Origin: Candidatus Woesebacteria bacterium
GTDB lineage: Bacteria > Patescibacteriota > Microgenomatia > UBA1400 > UBA12108
Length of the DNA stretch: 64,000 bases
Direction of reading: 5' to 3'
Assembly: GCA_018060845.1 (NCBI GenBank)
Contig: JAGOVG010000003.1
Location: 21,759 to 85,758 of the forward strand
The notes under the pieces were generated by a model. That model was given only the letters and a program-made list of their open reading frames with translations, ran no database searches and had not been told where the DNA came from. The stretch's first letter is position 1. Each line of letters begins with the position of its first letter. The position numbers and the translations under genes are program-made. Below, piece by piece: positions 39,498 through 48,175 of the stretch.

Positions 39498-39761
39498 ATG
39501 TGGACTGTTTATATTCTGCAAAGCCAGATAAACTATTCCTACTACGTCGGCTCAACTTCTGATGTCAACCGCCGAATTAAAGAACATAATGCAGGCCACA
39601 CACCCTCCACAAAAAATCTCATACCACTCACCATTCGTTTTTCTCAAGAATACCCAACGCTAAAATATGCTAGAAAAGTCGAGAGTTGGTTAAAGTCCAC
39701 TCATAGCAAGGTCGTCATCGAACAAATAATACTAGATGGCAAGATAAACAAAAAGTTCTAA
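39498..39761 (+). CDS. GIY-YIG nuclease family protein (YhbQ/UPF0213-like)
   Basis: MWTVYILQSQINYSYYVGSTSDVNRRIKEHN is a classic GIY-YIG motif with the conserved Arg and Glu. ATG immediately follows the tRNA CCA. AGGG of the tRNA acceptor 3' strand sits 8 nt upstream as a possible SD. Confidence 0.7.
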   Translation: MWTVYILQSQINYSYYVGSTSDVNRRIKEHNAGHTPSTKNLIPLTIRFSQEYPTLKYARKVESWLKSTHSKVVIEQIILDGKINKKF

Positions 39762-39763
39762 CT

Positions 39764-39795
39764 GTAGAGCGTCCCGATGGACATCGGGGAGGTAA
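39764..39795 (+). repeat. 32-nt direct repeat copy 2, followed by a degenerate tRNA 3'-half copy (to about 39822)
   Basis: Identical 32-mer. The downstream GAGGTAAGCGGTAGGGTCCCACTAGGGTCCACAC parallels the tRNA-Ala 3' part AGGTAAGCGGTTCGATCCCGCTAGGGTCCACCA. Confidence 0.6.
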
Positions 39796-39822
39796 GCGGT
39801 AGGGTCCCACTAGGGTCCACAC

Positions 39823-40977
39823 TTAACTAAGTTGGTTAACTAGATCCACTACCTCACCCATCCCCGCACTAACCCAGACTATATTCTTACCTGTTTCTTC
39901 ATCAAATTTTGAGCTCACCATACCCCTATCAGCCTCGTCTACTAACTCCATTTTATTTACAACCACGATTTCGCTCTTCTCACTTAACCCTTTTCCACCC
40001 TGTGCTGAGCTAGCCGAAGCATATTTTTCTAGCTCTTTCCGTACGACTCTATAATCCCTGACCAGTTGCTCCGCGATACTTTCATTTTGCCCTTTTTCAC
40101 CCATTTCTATACTGGGCGCTATCACATGAATCAAGGTCTTTGTTCGCTCCAAATGTCTCAGGAACCATGGTCCTATCCCCTTCCCCTCCCACGCTTCCTC
40201 GATCACTCCAGGCACATCAACTAAGATCAGTTTTTTATCATGCACTGTAACTACACCCAGATTAGGTTCTAGTGTCGTAAATGGGTATCCAGCTATCTTG
40301 GGGTTAGCATTGGTCAGTGCTTTGAGTATTGAGCTTTTACCGACATTTGGTAGCCCCACAATGCCTATGTCTGCCACCACCTTAAGCTCTAGTAGTAGAT
40401 ATTTTTCTTCACCGGGTGTGCCGGGCTCAAACTCTTGCGGAGTCTGGTTAGTAGAACTACGAAAGTGCCAGTTCCCCTTGCCACCCCTACCACCCCATGC
40501 TCCCACAAATTCTTTGCCGTGAACATCCATATCAACGAGCATTCGTCTCTCTTTCATGAGCTCATCAAAGGTTTCTCGGTTTCTTAGGTTTTTCTCAAAA
40601 TAATCTTGAGTTACTTCATAGATTGCAGTACCCACTGGGACCGCGATCACAATATCACCTCTGTCTTCACCATGCATTTTCTTTGGCATCCCACCCTCTC
40701 CATCCATCGCCAAGTATTTCTTTTTAAAGTTAAACTCTACTAAGTTCTCGACATTTTCGTCAGCGCGGATTATAACGTCGCCACCCTTACCTCCGTCTCC
40801 CCCATCTGGTCCACCTTTAGGCGCAAATTTCTCATGCCGAAACGATAGCTTCCCACTCCCCCCGTCCCCTGCCTTGATATAAATCCGTGCTAGATCTTTC
40901 ACAGTGTCCCTCCGTAGTTCCCCCAGAACGAAGGGGGATCTCTTCATTATACCAGCAAATAGTTCAAAATAGATCAT
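39823..40977 (-). CDS. obg: GTPase Obg/CgtA
   Basis: Obg fold with Gly-rich LSFRHEKFAPKGGPDGGDGGKGGDVII. G-domain GIVGLPNVGKSS and FTTLEPNLGVV. The true start is possibly the internal Met around 40947. Confidence 0.85.
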   Translation of the reverse strand: MIYFELFAGIMKRSPFVLGELRRDTVKDLARIYIKAGDGGSGKLSFRHEKFAPKGGPDGGDGGKGGDVIIRADENVENLVEFNFKKKYLAMDGEGGMPKKMHGEDRGDIVIAVPVGTAIYEVTQDYFEKNLRNRETFDELMKERRMLVDMDVHGKEFVGAWGGRGGKGNWHFRSSTNQTPQEFEPGTPGEEKYLLLELKVVADIGIVGLPNVGKSSILKALTNANPKIAGYPFTTLEPNLGVVTVHDKKLILVDVPGVIEEAWEGKGIGPWFLRHLERTKTLIHVIAPSIEMGEKGQNESIAEQLVRDYRVVRKELEKYASASSAQGGKGLSEKSEIVVVNKMELVDEADRGMVSSKFDEETGKNIVWVSAGMGEVVDLVNQLS

Positions 40978-41023
40978 ATTTTCACTCTGCTATACTAATA
41001 GCAATATCACACTGGAGATATAT

Positions 41024-41761
41024 ATGGATTTTTTACTCCCAATTATTATTTTCTTAATTCTGATCTCTCTCAAGCAAGTAAACGAGTATGAGCGCGGCGT
41101 CGTCTACACCATGGGCAAGTTTAGCTATATTATCGGTGCCGGCTGGAAGCTAGTGATCCCCATCTTTCAATCATTTAGAAAAGTCGATATCAGAACCAAA
41201 GCAGTCGACGTCCCCAAACAAGATACCATTACCAAAGATAACGTTACCTGCAAAATGAACGCAGTTATCTACTACAAAGTAATCGATGCTGGTAAAACTA
41301 TCAATGAGGTCGAAGACGTCTACTACGCCATGCTCCAGCTCGCGCAGACCACCATGCGCAGGGTCGCGAGTGAGGCGACACTAGACGAGCTACTTAGTCA
41401 GCGAGAAAAGATCGCCACCAAGATATTGGCAATTGTCGACAAACACGCGACCGATTGGGGCATCGACGTCCAAACAGTCGAACTCAAAGATATCGAGCTA
41501 CCCGAGAGTATGGTCCGCACCATGGCCAAACAAGCCGAGGCCGAGCGTGAGAAGCGTGCAACTATCATTAATAGTGAGGGTGAGCTCATGGCTAGCCAAA
41601 ACCTAGCCGAAGCAGCCACCAAGTTAGCCAAGGCGCCAGGTGCCCTCCACTTGCGTACCCTTAACTCGATCAATGACATCAGTAGCGACGCCAGTAATAC
41701 CATTGTCTTTGCCGTCCCGATCGAAGTCCTCAAAGCCATCGACGGATTTGCTAAAAAATAA
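41024..41761 (+). CDS. SPFH/band-7 (stomatin/prohibitin-like) membrane protein
   Basis: N-terminal TM, then an SPFH domain (EYERGVVYTMGKF...VDIRTKAVDVPKQDTITKDNVTCKMNAVIYYKV). Confidence 0.7.
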   Translation: MDFLLPIIIFLILISLKQVNEYERGVVYTMGKFSYIIGAGWKLVIPIFQSFRKVDIRTKAVDVPKQDTITKDNVTCKMNAVIYYKVIDAGKTINEVEDVYYAMLQLAQTTMRRVASEATLDELLSQREKIATKILAIVDKHATDWGIDVQTVELKDIELPESMVRTMAKQAEAEREKRATIINSEGELMASQNLAEAATKLAKAPGALHLRTLNSINDISSDASNTIVFAVPIEVLKAIDGFAKK

Positions 41762-42081
41762 TGACCTTTTTTGAGCAGGTATATACTCTCGTCCAACAAG
41801 TCCCTGCAGGCTACGTCACCACATATGGCGATATCGCACGCGCTCTAGGCACTCGCGACGCCCGTCGGGTCGGCCACGCGCTCCACGCTAACCCCAGTGG
41901 TGATACTACCCCCTGCCACCGTGTAGTCAACAAAGATGGCAAACTGTCCGAATCCTACGCCTTTGGCGGGACTATGGAGCAATACGCCAAATTAATAGAA
42001 GAAGGAGTCACTTTCCTTGACCGCACCCATGTAGACAAAAATAGAAATCTTTACGTCTTTAATCAACAAAATAAGGGGTAA
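41761..42081 (+). CDS. MGMT-family protein (methylated-DNA--protein-cysteine methyltransferase DNA-binding/active-site domain only)
   Basis: VPAGYVTTYGDIA...NPSGDTTPCHRVV carries the PCHRV active-site motif. 106 aa with no N-terminal domain. The ATG overlaps the upstream stop. Confidence 0.65.
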   Translation: MTFFEQVYTLVQQVPAGYVTTYGDIARALGTRDARRVGHALHANPSGDTTPCHRVVNKDGKLSESYAFGGTMEQYAKLIEEGVTFLDRTHVDKNRNLYVFNQQNKG

Positions 42082-42601
42082 CAATAAACCTCTCTATATT
42101 CCCCACTTCTTTTAAGCTTTGATATACCACACTCTCGCGTTCACAAATAACCGATAATCCATTATGTCTATAACGAGTTGTGGCAAAATAGTACTGAAGT
42201 GATTGCATATCATCAAGAGTAAAAGGAAAATAAGAGTTCACTTCCATTTTTTCTTTCATAAGGGTCGCAAAGCCACTCCATAACACACTAGCGATCAACT
42301 CAAGATCAAGGTCACTACGCTCAAACTCGGCACTTATCACGACTTTACCATCAAAATCCGAATCAGTCATAGGAGGACGCTTATCACCAACTCCCCCACC
42401 CATCGACCCAGGCACAATAATTCCTTGAATAGCACGTCCATTCTCTCCCAGCTTGAGTTTAGATATTGTATTCTTTTTTGATCTCGCATAATAGCCCACA
42501 GCATGGTTCATTAGGGCCTGATGTTGCTTATGCGAAAGTGCTTCACCCCTCCTTTGTGCCATGTTCGCTATTTTACTACAGAAACTTTGCAAAGACATCA
42601 A
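42059..42601 (-). CDS. hypothetical protein
   Basis: ORF with no recognisable motifs. Convergent with and slightly overlapping the ogt-like gene. Confidence 0.3.
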   Translation of the reverse strand: MMSLQSFCSKIANMAQRRGEALSHKQHQALMNHAVGYYARSKKNTISKLKLGENGRAIQGIIVPGSMGGGVGDKRPPMTDSDFDGKVVISAEFERSDLDLELIASVLWSGFATLMKEKMEVNSYFPFTLDDMQSLQYYFATTRYRHNGLSVICERESVVYQSLKEVGNIERFIVTPYFVD

Positions 42602-42610
42602 TCTATTAAA

Positions 42611-43126
42611 TTAGAGATACTCTCTAATCATTTCTATATCATTATTATTAAAAAACTCTACCACTTTTCGCGGCACCCTACTCACCCATTCTTTATTACT
42701 TGCTCGCATTATCGCTCTTACTTTTACCCCCTCCAGCTCATCTCTGTTATGTAGCCCGCTTTCAGACACAGAGTAGCCTGCTTCTTTAAAAATAGAAAGA
42801 ACCCAATCATTATTACTAACTGCGACATCAAAATAACCTGCTCGGCGGATTAGGTCGGCGAGCCAAGCTTTGTCACTGGGGTTATCAGGGCAGCTACAAA
42901 TCCGGGCGATCCTCGCTTCTACTCCCAGCTCTCGCACCACCTCGCACACCATCTGTTTTCTTATTTTGTAACCCCATGGGTTATTTTCTGTCCCCGACTC
43001 CTGCGAACTCCCAACTGCAACCACTACCTTTTCAGCAATATCTAAACACTTTTTTAGGCTATACAGATGTCCATTATGAAATGGCTGAAATCTACCAATA
43101 AACAATGCTGTCTTATATTTTTTCAT
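42611..43126 (-). CDS. nicotinamide-nucleotide adenylyltransferase, archaeal NadM type
   Basis: GRFQPFHNGH matches the (H/T)xGH cytidylyltransferase motif in the NadM context. 171 aa. Confidence 0.65.
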   Translation of the reverse strand: MKKYKTALFIGRFQPFHNGHLYSLKKCLDIAEKVVVAVGSSQESGTENNPWGYKIRKQMVCEVVRELGVEARIARICSCPDNPSDKAWLADLIRRAGYFDVAVSNNDWVLSIFKEAGYSVSESGLHNRDELEGVKVRAIMRASNKEWVSRVPRKVVEFFNNNDIEMIREYL

Positions 43127-43309
43127 CCATAAATAATACTACAGTTCTCGCGATATTTTTTTCGGATCATTGCGAGCACAGGGTGCAGATGTATTTTGCA
43201 GTCAAAAAAACTTGCGCAGGACGTGTATCCGAGCGCGAGGTCGCTGAGTCAGCAGACTCTGATAGACCGGTTTTTTGCGCAAATTACATCGAAATCCAAG
43301 TGAGCGATA

Positions 43310-44398
43310 CTACTTCAAATATCCAAGCGGATCTACCTTACCACCTGGACCATGGATCTCAAAGTGGAGATGTGTACCCGTAGAGCGTCCTGTACTACCC
43401 ATCTGCCCCAGTGTCGCGCCTCTCGCTACGCGCTGACCTGACACTACTGAGAGTGACGATAAGTGAGCATACAGTGTTGTATATCCATTGCCATGATCGA
43501 TCACTACGTGGTTACCATATCCTGCACTGCTCCAGCCAGCTACCGAGATTGTACCTGCATCCGCAGCTAGGATTGCCCCACCATCGCGGTTGGCAATATC
43601 GATCGCCGGGTGATACCACCGGTATCCCTGGGTAATCCGGCCAAATCCAGGCCAGACAAAGTTACCTGTAGCTGCGACTGCCCCTGCATCAGGAGTTAGG
43701 ACATTAGCAAAGCGAGGTGTCGTCACGCTCGGTGCATCTGGCATAACACCATCTGGGACTATCAATGTCTGTCCTGCGACGAGTGCAAAGGTTTCGTCAT
43801 CCGAGAAAGTGTTAAATGGAAAGTCGACGATAGCCTGCTCAGACGATTCAAACTTTTTAGCGATCGAGTAAATCGTGTCACCTGGTCGTACTTTGTATAC
43901 CAGTCCAGTAACAGGCGGGATTTTAACTACCACTCCAGGCTTCAATTTCTTAAAATCTATACTCTCATTTGCCCATTTGATGGTGTCTATCGACACGTCA
44001 AATTTGTCAGAAATCGAAGATAGTGTGTCTCCATCACGGACAGTGTAATCTCTCACTTCGGATGGTGGCTTGTCAGAGACTAGCGTCACTACTCCAGCCG
44101 AATCTAGGGTTCCCAGCACTTCTCCCCCTACTCCACTCGCTTCGCCCTCGCTCGTAAATGATGCTTCGACTAGTAGTTTTGGACCAAAAGTTACACCAAA
44201 AAAGATCAAGGCCATCATGGTCGAGTGCAGAATAGGCTGGGCATACATCCCTCGCTTATGGTAGAGCACGCCTGTAATCACGTCTTTAACTGCCTCAAAA
44301 CGACCAAAAACATTCTTTCCATGGACAGCCAAATATGCCCCAAGTTGTCGTAAAAATTCTCTAAATTCTTCCCTAGGTGTCATCTCAGTCATAGGCAA
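43310..44398 (-). CDS. LysM-domain M23 family metallopeptidase (cell-wall hydrolase)
   Basis: N-terminal TM. Two LysM repeats (YTVRDGDTLSSISDKFDVSIDTI and YKVRPGDTIYSIAKKF). C-terminal HPAIDIA...GTHLHFEI zinc-binding M23 motif. Confidence 0.8.
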   Translation of the reverse strand: MPMTEMTPREEFREFLRQLGAYLAVHGKNVFGRFEAVKDVITGVLYHKRGMYAQPILHSTMMALIFFGVTFGPKLLVEASFTSEGEASGVGGEVLGTLDSAGVVTLVSDKPPSEVRDYTVRDGDTLSSISDKFDVSIDTIKWANESIDFKKLKPGVVVKIPPVTGLVYKVRPGDTIYSIAKKFESSEQAIVDFPFNTFSDDETFALVAGQTLIVPDGVMPDAPSVTTPRFANVLTPDAGAVAATGNFVWPGFGRITQGYRWYHPAIDIANRDGGAILAADAGTISVAGWSSAGYGNHVVIDHGNGYTTLYAHLSSLSVVSGQRVARGATLGQMGSTGRSTGTHLHFEIHGPGGKVDPLGYLK

Positions 44399-44437
44399 CC
44401 CCCTATCTTAGCAGAGTTGACCGATGAGCGCAAAAAA

Positions 44438-45883
44438 CTATCCCTCTTTAAGCATCGCCAGGAACTCTTTATTCGATTTGGCTCGAGCCATCCGGTCGAC
44501 CATCACAGATGTTCTCTCATCATCATTTAGCATATCTAGCATTCGGCGCATGACCACGATATTTTGATAATCGGTTCCGGAGAAGAGTAGATCTTCACGG
44601 CGTGTACCAGATTTATAGACATCGATTGCCGGGAAGATGCGGCGCTCAGAGAGGCGACGGTCTAGGACCAGCTCCATGTTGCCTGTACCCTTAAACTCTT
44701 CGTAAATGAGCTCGTCCATGCGAGATCCGGTATCAACAAGTGCAGTTCCTATAATAGTCAGTGACCCTCCATCCTCCATCTTTCGTGCAGCGCCAAAGAA
44801 GCGCTTAGGTGGATATAAGGCTGCTGGGTCAAAACCACCTGATAGAGTGCGCCCTGATGTTGGTATAGCTAGGTTGTAAGCACGGGCTAGACGAGTGATA
44901 GAGTCCAGTAGGATCACTACGTCCTTCCCCTCTTCAACCAGTCGCTTGGCACGCTCTAGAGCGATCTCGGCAACTCTTGTTTGGTCTTCGGCTGGCTCAT
45001 CAAAGTTGGATGCGGCACACTCCCCGACCATTGCCGAGTTCTCGGTCACCTTCTCTAGGTGACGTCTGATATCTGTTACTTCTTCTGGGCGCTCACCAAT
45101 GAGCACGGCCATAAGGTGGATCTCGGGATAGTTCTTAGCCACTCCAGTCATCATGTCTTTCATGATCGTGGTCTTACCAGCTTTTGGTGGTGCCACGACC
45201 ATCCCACGTTGCCCTCGACCAATTGGGGCTACTAGATCGATTACACGGTTAGATAAAGGAGCAGCCCCCATCTCTAGAGTAATTTTCTGATTAGGGTAGA
45301 TCGGGGTCATGTTGTGGAACTTAACGCGCTTATTAAACTCAGCTGGTGATTTGCCATTTACTCGCGTCACTGTCACTAGTCCCCAATATTTTTCGTTTTC
45401 TTTTGGCTTCCTGGCTGTACCTTCTACATAATCACCTGGTCTTAGACCGATGCGCCTAACAACCATCGATGAGATATAAACGTCGCGCTCCGAGGGTGAA
45501 AAGTGTGGGCGCAGTACGCCATGTCCATCTGCTGAGTCGTCTAGGAATCCCGCGACATTCTCGATAGGTTGGGTGTTTACTGGTGCAACATATGTGCCCG
45601 GGTTACTTCGACCTGCAAACTGATTGTTAACGGCTGGTCTCGGCATCATGGGGGGTCGCATTACATAGGTGTTGGGGACAGGTGGTGCCATCTCTCTCTT
45701 TGCCACTTCGATTACGGTGGTGGCTGGAGGTACTACTGGCTCTACTTTCTTTTCTTCTGGTTTTTCTTCAATTGGTTTAAGGATTTTTTCTTCGACCACT
45801 GGCTTGACTACTTTTTCTGCTTGTTCACTAACTACAGTCTCTTGATCATTATTTACTACTTTAGCCACTTTCTTAACAGGCAT
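44438..45883 (-). CDS. rho: transcription termination factor Rho
   Basis: Lys/Glu/Pro-rich N-terminal insert. OB-fold RNA-binding region. RecA-like ATPase with GQRGMVVAPPKAGKT (Walker A) and a conserved C-terminus. Confidence 0.85.
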   Translation of the reverse strand: MPVKKVAKVVNNDQETVVSEQAEKVVKPVVEEKILKPIEEKPEEKKVEPVVPPATTVIEVAKREMAPPVPNTYVMRPPMMPRPAVNNQFAGRSNPGTYVAPVNTQPIENVAGFLDDSADGHGVLRPHFSPSERDVYISSMVVRRIGLRPGDYVEGTARKPKENEKYWGLVTVTRVNGKSPAEFNKRVKFHNMTPIYPNQKITLEMGAAPLSNRVIDLVAPIGRGQRGMVVAPPKAGKTTIMKDMMTGVAKNYPEIHLMAVLIGERPEEVTDIRRHLEKVTENSAMVGECAASNFDEPAEDQTRVAEIALERAKRLVEEGKDVVILLDSITRLARAYNLAIPTSGRTLSGGFDPAALYPPKRFFGAARKMEDGGSLTIIGTALVDTGSRMDELIYEEFKGTGNMELVLDRRLSERRIFPAIDVYKSGTRREDLLFSGTDYQNIVVMRRMLDMLNDDERTSVMVDRMARAKSNKEFLAMLKEG

Positions 45884-46009
45884 ACACTCTCCTTCTGAAA
45901 TATTTATGTTGTTGAAAACATTTTGTCTAACTAAATACTGGGTACTTTGTTACTTGAAAAACTCGGTTTTCCTGGGAACAAGTGATAGTATCGCAAATCT
46001 AACCCAGTT

Positions 46010-46015
46010 CGTCAA
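46010..46015 (-). promoter_or_regulatory. Candidate -35 (TTGACG) for rho; putative -10 TACTAT at 45985-45990
   Basis: Minus-strand GTAGTTGACGAA, then 19 nt, then TACTAT. AAGGAGAG RBS before the rho ATG. The same GTAGTTGACGAA 12-mer recurs at 47090-47101 and 48187-48198. Confidence 0.3.
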
Positions 46016-47029
46016 CTACCCGCTGTGTTTTGAACTACTAAGTTGTCGCATGTTGTGCCATTTAGCAATTGATTTATGCATCTTATAAGCATATTGTAAT
46101 ATCAATGCTGCATTAGGTATGTCCGATCTACCAAGCGCCACAATCTCTGCAAAGCGCTGTTGCAGATCACCAACAGCCTCTAATTGTACAAAACCGAATT
46201 CCAAATCAGGTGTGAAGTGTCTAGGATCAGTGGCCATAGTTTGCAATTCAAACAAATCCTCTAGCAATACCTCACCCAACTCAAAGGTGGTATAGTTCTG
46301 CATAGGTTGCTCTTTAGATCCATCTTTGATAGCACGATTTACCTCTCTTTCTAGATCAGCTTGATTTTCCATCTCTTCAACCCAACGAGTCGCATATTCT
46401 GTATATGGTATATGTTCAGCTCTCTCCTGATTCATCATTTCCGAGAGCATTATTCGCACAGTTGTATTCACCACTCGCATTGTAGAAACATCATCACACT
46501 CTTCTGGATTTCCGGTTGCAAACTCATGCGCAATTTTTGCCAGGCCCACCAACACTGTAGCCTCTCCTAACTGCTCAGATACTTTAATCGAATCCTCCTG
46601 TAAAGATACTATATTTTCTCGCGCACTAACTGGAGGGCGTGATCTTTCTAGGTTCTCACCAATAACTAGTAGATCAGACTTAGCACAAGCTTCATCTATT
46701 ATTTTTAACTCTCCATTTAGCAACTGGGGATTACGATTTTTCGATGCAACTAATTTGGAAGTATAGGGTTCAACATATTTTTGATATCCATCGTCCACAC
46801 CAATGTACGCAAGTCTAATTCTAGTCATTCGTTCATTTAAATCTCTTGCCGAATGTACCAAACTATCCGTGTATTCAAGCATCTTTGCTTCAGGTGGGCG
46901 ATCCCAAGGGCTAAACTTTTTTTCATGTTGATCTACTGCAAGCGACAGTAAAGCATTAACTTTTTTGTTTCCAACATCAAAAGCGATGTCAGTTAATCTA
47001 AGTCCATCCACTTTAGAATGATCATTCAT
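46016..47029 (-). CDS. hypothetical cytoplasmic protein (tandem paralog 1)
   Basis: No signal peptide and no recognised domain. Shares blocks with 47095-48075 (SLQEDSIKVSEQLGEATVLVGLAKIAHEFA versus SLQNESVEASIMVGETGVLTELAKLAQEFA). Confidence 0.45.
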   Translation of the reverse strand: MNDHSKVDGLRLTDIAFDVGNKKVNALLSLAVDQHEKKFSPWDRPPEAKMLEYTDSLVHSARDLNERMTRIRLAYIGVDDGYQKYVEPYTSKLVASKNRNPQLLNGELKIIDEACAKSDLLVIGENLERSRPPVSARENIVSLQEDSIKVSEQLGEATVLVGLAKIAHEFATGNPEECDDVSTMRVVNTTVRIMLSEMMNQERAEHIPYTEYATRWVEEMENQADLEREVNRAIKDGSKEQPMQNYTTFELGEVLLEDLFELQTMATDPRHFTPDLEFGFVQLEAVGDLQQRFAEIVALGRSDIPNAALILQYAYKMHKSIAKWHNMRQLSSSKHSG

Positions 47030-47094
47030 ATATATATGATAGCTAAATCATTACACATTAACAACGTCGCTCTGACTAACTAAAACTTAATTCG

Positions 47095-48075
47095 TCAACT
47101 ACTTCCATCCCCCGCACGTCTCGCTTTATGCCAAGCGACGATCATATCGTTCATCCTATATCCTGTTCTCAAGACCCAGGCTGCATTTACAGAAGCACCT
47201 AGTCCATCAACTCTATTAACCAAAAGATGGACTCCATCGTGAAGGTCTAGTAGTGCTGCTAGCTGAAAATTGGCAACCTCATCATCTGATGCAACAAAGT
47301 TGTTTCTGTCTGTAGACAACTTTAAGATACCAAGCATCGCCTCCTTAAAGTTGGCATTCAAGGTATTAGCATCGTACAAGACAGTTGATGACTCTGATCC
47401 GTTTAGTGCTTTCATTTCCTGCTCTTGCTGCCACTTCAATTCATTTACCCAACTTTCGGCATAGTCAAGACTGGACTCTCTCTGTACTCCATCCTGCTCC
47501 ATCATTTTTGTGAGCATAGCCTCGACCGTTCTAACTACTACCCTGGTTGAAGATAGTTGGTCGCTAGGTTCAGCTTCAGCAAATTCTTGCGCTAGCTTAG
47601 CTAGTTCAGTCAATACTCCAGTTTCTCCAACCATAATGGATGCCTCGACAGATTCATTTTGCAAGGAGATCAATTCGTCGCGAGCACTTTCTGATTTTAC
47701 ATTAGTTCTACTTGTTTTTTTACCTAGAAGCTTTCTACTTGCCCTTCTAAACGCGCTACTGATTATATCTAGATCTGCTTCAGCGAGCTGAGTCTTGGGT
47801 AATTCGCTTGTATTTACTGGTTTATCTATATGGGGTTGTACAAATTCAGTATAGTATTCTTGAACCGTTCCAAAGACTTCCCCAACTCTCCCCAGTCTTT
47901 CCACTAGGTCGTTAGCAGAAGCGTCTACGCTTCGACCAAACTTGTCCATTTCTTCCTTTGGAGGTTTATTGAATACTCCGTACTGAGCTTGGGTCTCATT
48001 AACTACTTTAACTTTGAGTGCTGTGACTAACCCTGGATTATCATACAACTCGCTTAATTCAACGACCATATTCAC
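47095..48075 (-). CDS. hypothetical cytoplasmic protein (tandem paralog 2)
   Basis: Paralog of 46016-47029. GTG at 48075, or ATG at 48069, with TATAAT 2 to 8 nt upstream. Confidence 0.45.
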   Translation of the reverse strand: MNMVVELSELYDNPGLVTALKVKVVNETQAQYGVFNKPPKEEMDKFGRSVDASANDLVERLGRVGEVFGTVQEYYTEFVQPHIDKPVNTSELPKTQLAEADLDIISSAFRRASRKLLGKKTSRTNVKSESARDELISLQNESVEASIMVGETGVLTELAKLAQEFAEAEPSDQLSSTRVVVRTVEAMLTKMMEQDGVQRESSLDYAESWVNELKWQQEQEMKALNGSESSTVLYDANTLNANFKEAMLGILKLSTDRNNFVASDDEVANFQLAALLDLHDGVHLLVNRVDGLGASVNAAWVLRTGYRMNDMIVAWHKARRAGDGSS

Positions 48076-48077
48076 AG

Positions 48078-48083
48078 ATTATA
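48078..48083 (-). promoter_or_regulatory. Perfect TATAAT -10 box 2 to 8 nt upstream of start of 47095-48075 gene (possible leaderless transcript)
   Basis: Minus strand reads TTGTGC-N18-TATAAT-CT-GTG-AAT-ATG. Confidence 0.35.
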
Positions 48084-48175
48084 CACTTCAAATTTATACT
48101 GCACAATGAAAATTTTATGTCTGCTGTTTCGAGAATCTAATTCTAAAAACACTGTTTGCAATTTCCTACCAATTA

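Noticed and set aside
39302-39562. 86-aa ORF (MQYAHEKCLQ...) spanning the tRNA-Ala gene
   Set aside because: It overlaps a well-formed tRNA and the repeat region. No RBS. A coding assignment is implausible.
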